DNA from: Proteromonas lacertae
Taxonomy: Eukaryota
DNA: 64,000 bases
Direction: 5' to 3'
Assembly: GCA_002245135.1 (NCBI GenBank)
Contig: NGBS01000016.1
Span: 1-64,000 of the forward strand
Positions within the stretch are counted from its first letter, which is position 1; each line of letters opens with the position of its first letter. Shown here one piece after another: positions 62,593 through 64,000 of this stretch. The position numbers were made by a program, and so were the translations under genes. The notes under the pieces are model-generated. The model ran no database searches, was not told the origin of the DNA, and saw nothing but the letters and a program-made list of their open reading frames with translations.

Positions 62593-64000
62593 ATAGTAAT
62601 ATCAATATGTTGATGGATTTACCTGATGTGATAAGTAATTATAATCCTGATGATGTTTTATGCAGAATATTAGATACAATCGATTTATTAATGAAAGATA
62701 AAGTTGTTGGCGATAATCATTTAATGGTAAAAAGGGAATTAATCAGTCATATATCAACAGATATTGTGAATTTATCTCAAGGACCATTATTTCGTGTTAA
62801 TTTATATACAATAATAACCAGATTATGTATATTAATAAATAAATAAATATATTATAATAAATAGATAAATTATTTCAACCAAATTGTTTATACAATTTTC
62901 ATAATTTAGATATGATTATTCAGAGGATAATGTGTGATAATAAACGCTTAATTGTAGAATGTTATAACAATCAAGATATTCATGGTGAAAATGGATATTT
63001 GATGTTTTTATTTGAACATTTATTTGGTTCAATATTATTTACTATGAGTATTAATGAATTGAACAGTTGTTATTCTGATTTATTGAATACTTATGGTGAA
63101 ACTTTGATTTATAATGAAGAAGAGAAAATTATATCCACTAAAAATGATGGTAATAATAATTATATAGTGACAAATTTTACATCAACTGATTTTGATTCTT
63201 TTGGTTTAATAGAAACTGAAGATGTTGATAATCTATTTGATAATATGAATATACCTTTAAGTGAAGTTGATAGAAAGAGAATAATGCCAATAAAAACAGT
63301 ACCAACAACATTATTTGGATGTTTGAGATATTTCGTATATATATATATATATTATTATTATTATTATAAATAGTTAACTATTGTTCAACACAAGTCTAAT
63401 TTGTGGGTTAAAAATGGTTTAATGTTTACAGCTAAACTAAAGTCATGTTCTTCACCATTAAGTTATGAGTTAATGTGTCATTATTTACAGTTTATGATAT
63501 CTTTTACAGATAGTGAAAAAATATTGAAATTATTAGAGGAAATGTTTAATATTTATACAGTAAAACACAATTATTTAAATCAAAAAGATGTGAATTTGAA
63601 TTATTATAACGAATTTTTAACATTTGTTTTGACATTAATAACAAATCCATTACCTTTGAATAATGAAGACAATGATGATATATTTAATGAATATTTGAAA
63701 GTTGATATAATCCATTTATTATTGGAAAGAAAATATACTTTTAATGATATTGTTACAGTAATAAGCGATAAATATTATTATGTACCAGTTGATGAGCTTA
63801 GGGATAGAATAATTTCTCAAATAGATATTGTGTCAAATTATGATAAAATAGAAGGCTTTTATTATTTGAATAAAGAATATAATTATTATTACAATCCATT
63901 CTATTTAAGTTATAATTCCAATCAGAATTTGGTTGATGCTAATTCTATTTTTTCTGATCATACCGACTTTAAACCTTTTCCTCTTTTATATACTAATAAC
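61296..64000 (+). CDS. UBR-box (N-recognin) E3 ligase-like protein, divergent UBR1/2 type; runs off the window end
   Basis: CSKLVKPGESCYECSC...MCKFCF...HEGHDY...GGSCDC is a UBR zinc finger. A later exon has LWVKNG, resembling the UBR1 W.RNG motif. Confidence 0.75.

Overview
Eukaryotic, very AT-rich, gene-dense genomic DNA in the standard genetic code. It has many tiny spliceosomal introns (about 25-47 nt, GTAT...TAG) and intergenic gaps of about 40-120 bp between divergent genes. This style suggests an opalinate gut stramenopile (Blastocystis or Proteromonas type); that is an inference, not a demonstrated identification. Housekeeping genes include DBP4/DDX10, TIM23, a CDK9/CDKC-type kinase, NMD3, CUL4, an apparently C-truncated MnmA, a NIPA transporter, a GT17 glycosyltransferase, a UBR-box protein and a 7SL/SRP RNA gene. 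The most unusual elements are: (1) a class C GPCR of about 3,850 aa whose ectodomain is nine tandem UrtA/AmiC-like periplasmic-binding (Venus flytrap) modules; (2) two paralogous Crinkler/RHS-type genes with a doubled NTPase(+nuclease-fold) architecture, one ending in an OTU deubiquitinase; (3) six candidate minor (U12-type) introns with AT-AC, AT-AA and AT-AG ends, four of them in a duplicated orphan gene; (4) a three-member double zinc-finger family that I do not recognise; (5) a mosaic duplication of an orphan gene at about 10.2 kb spacing. Several single-base frameshifts in conserved genes look like assembly indel errors. Exon boundaries were read by eye.
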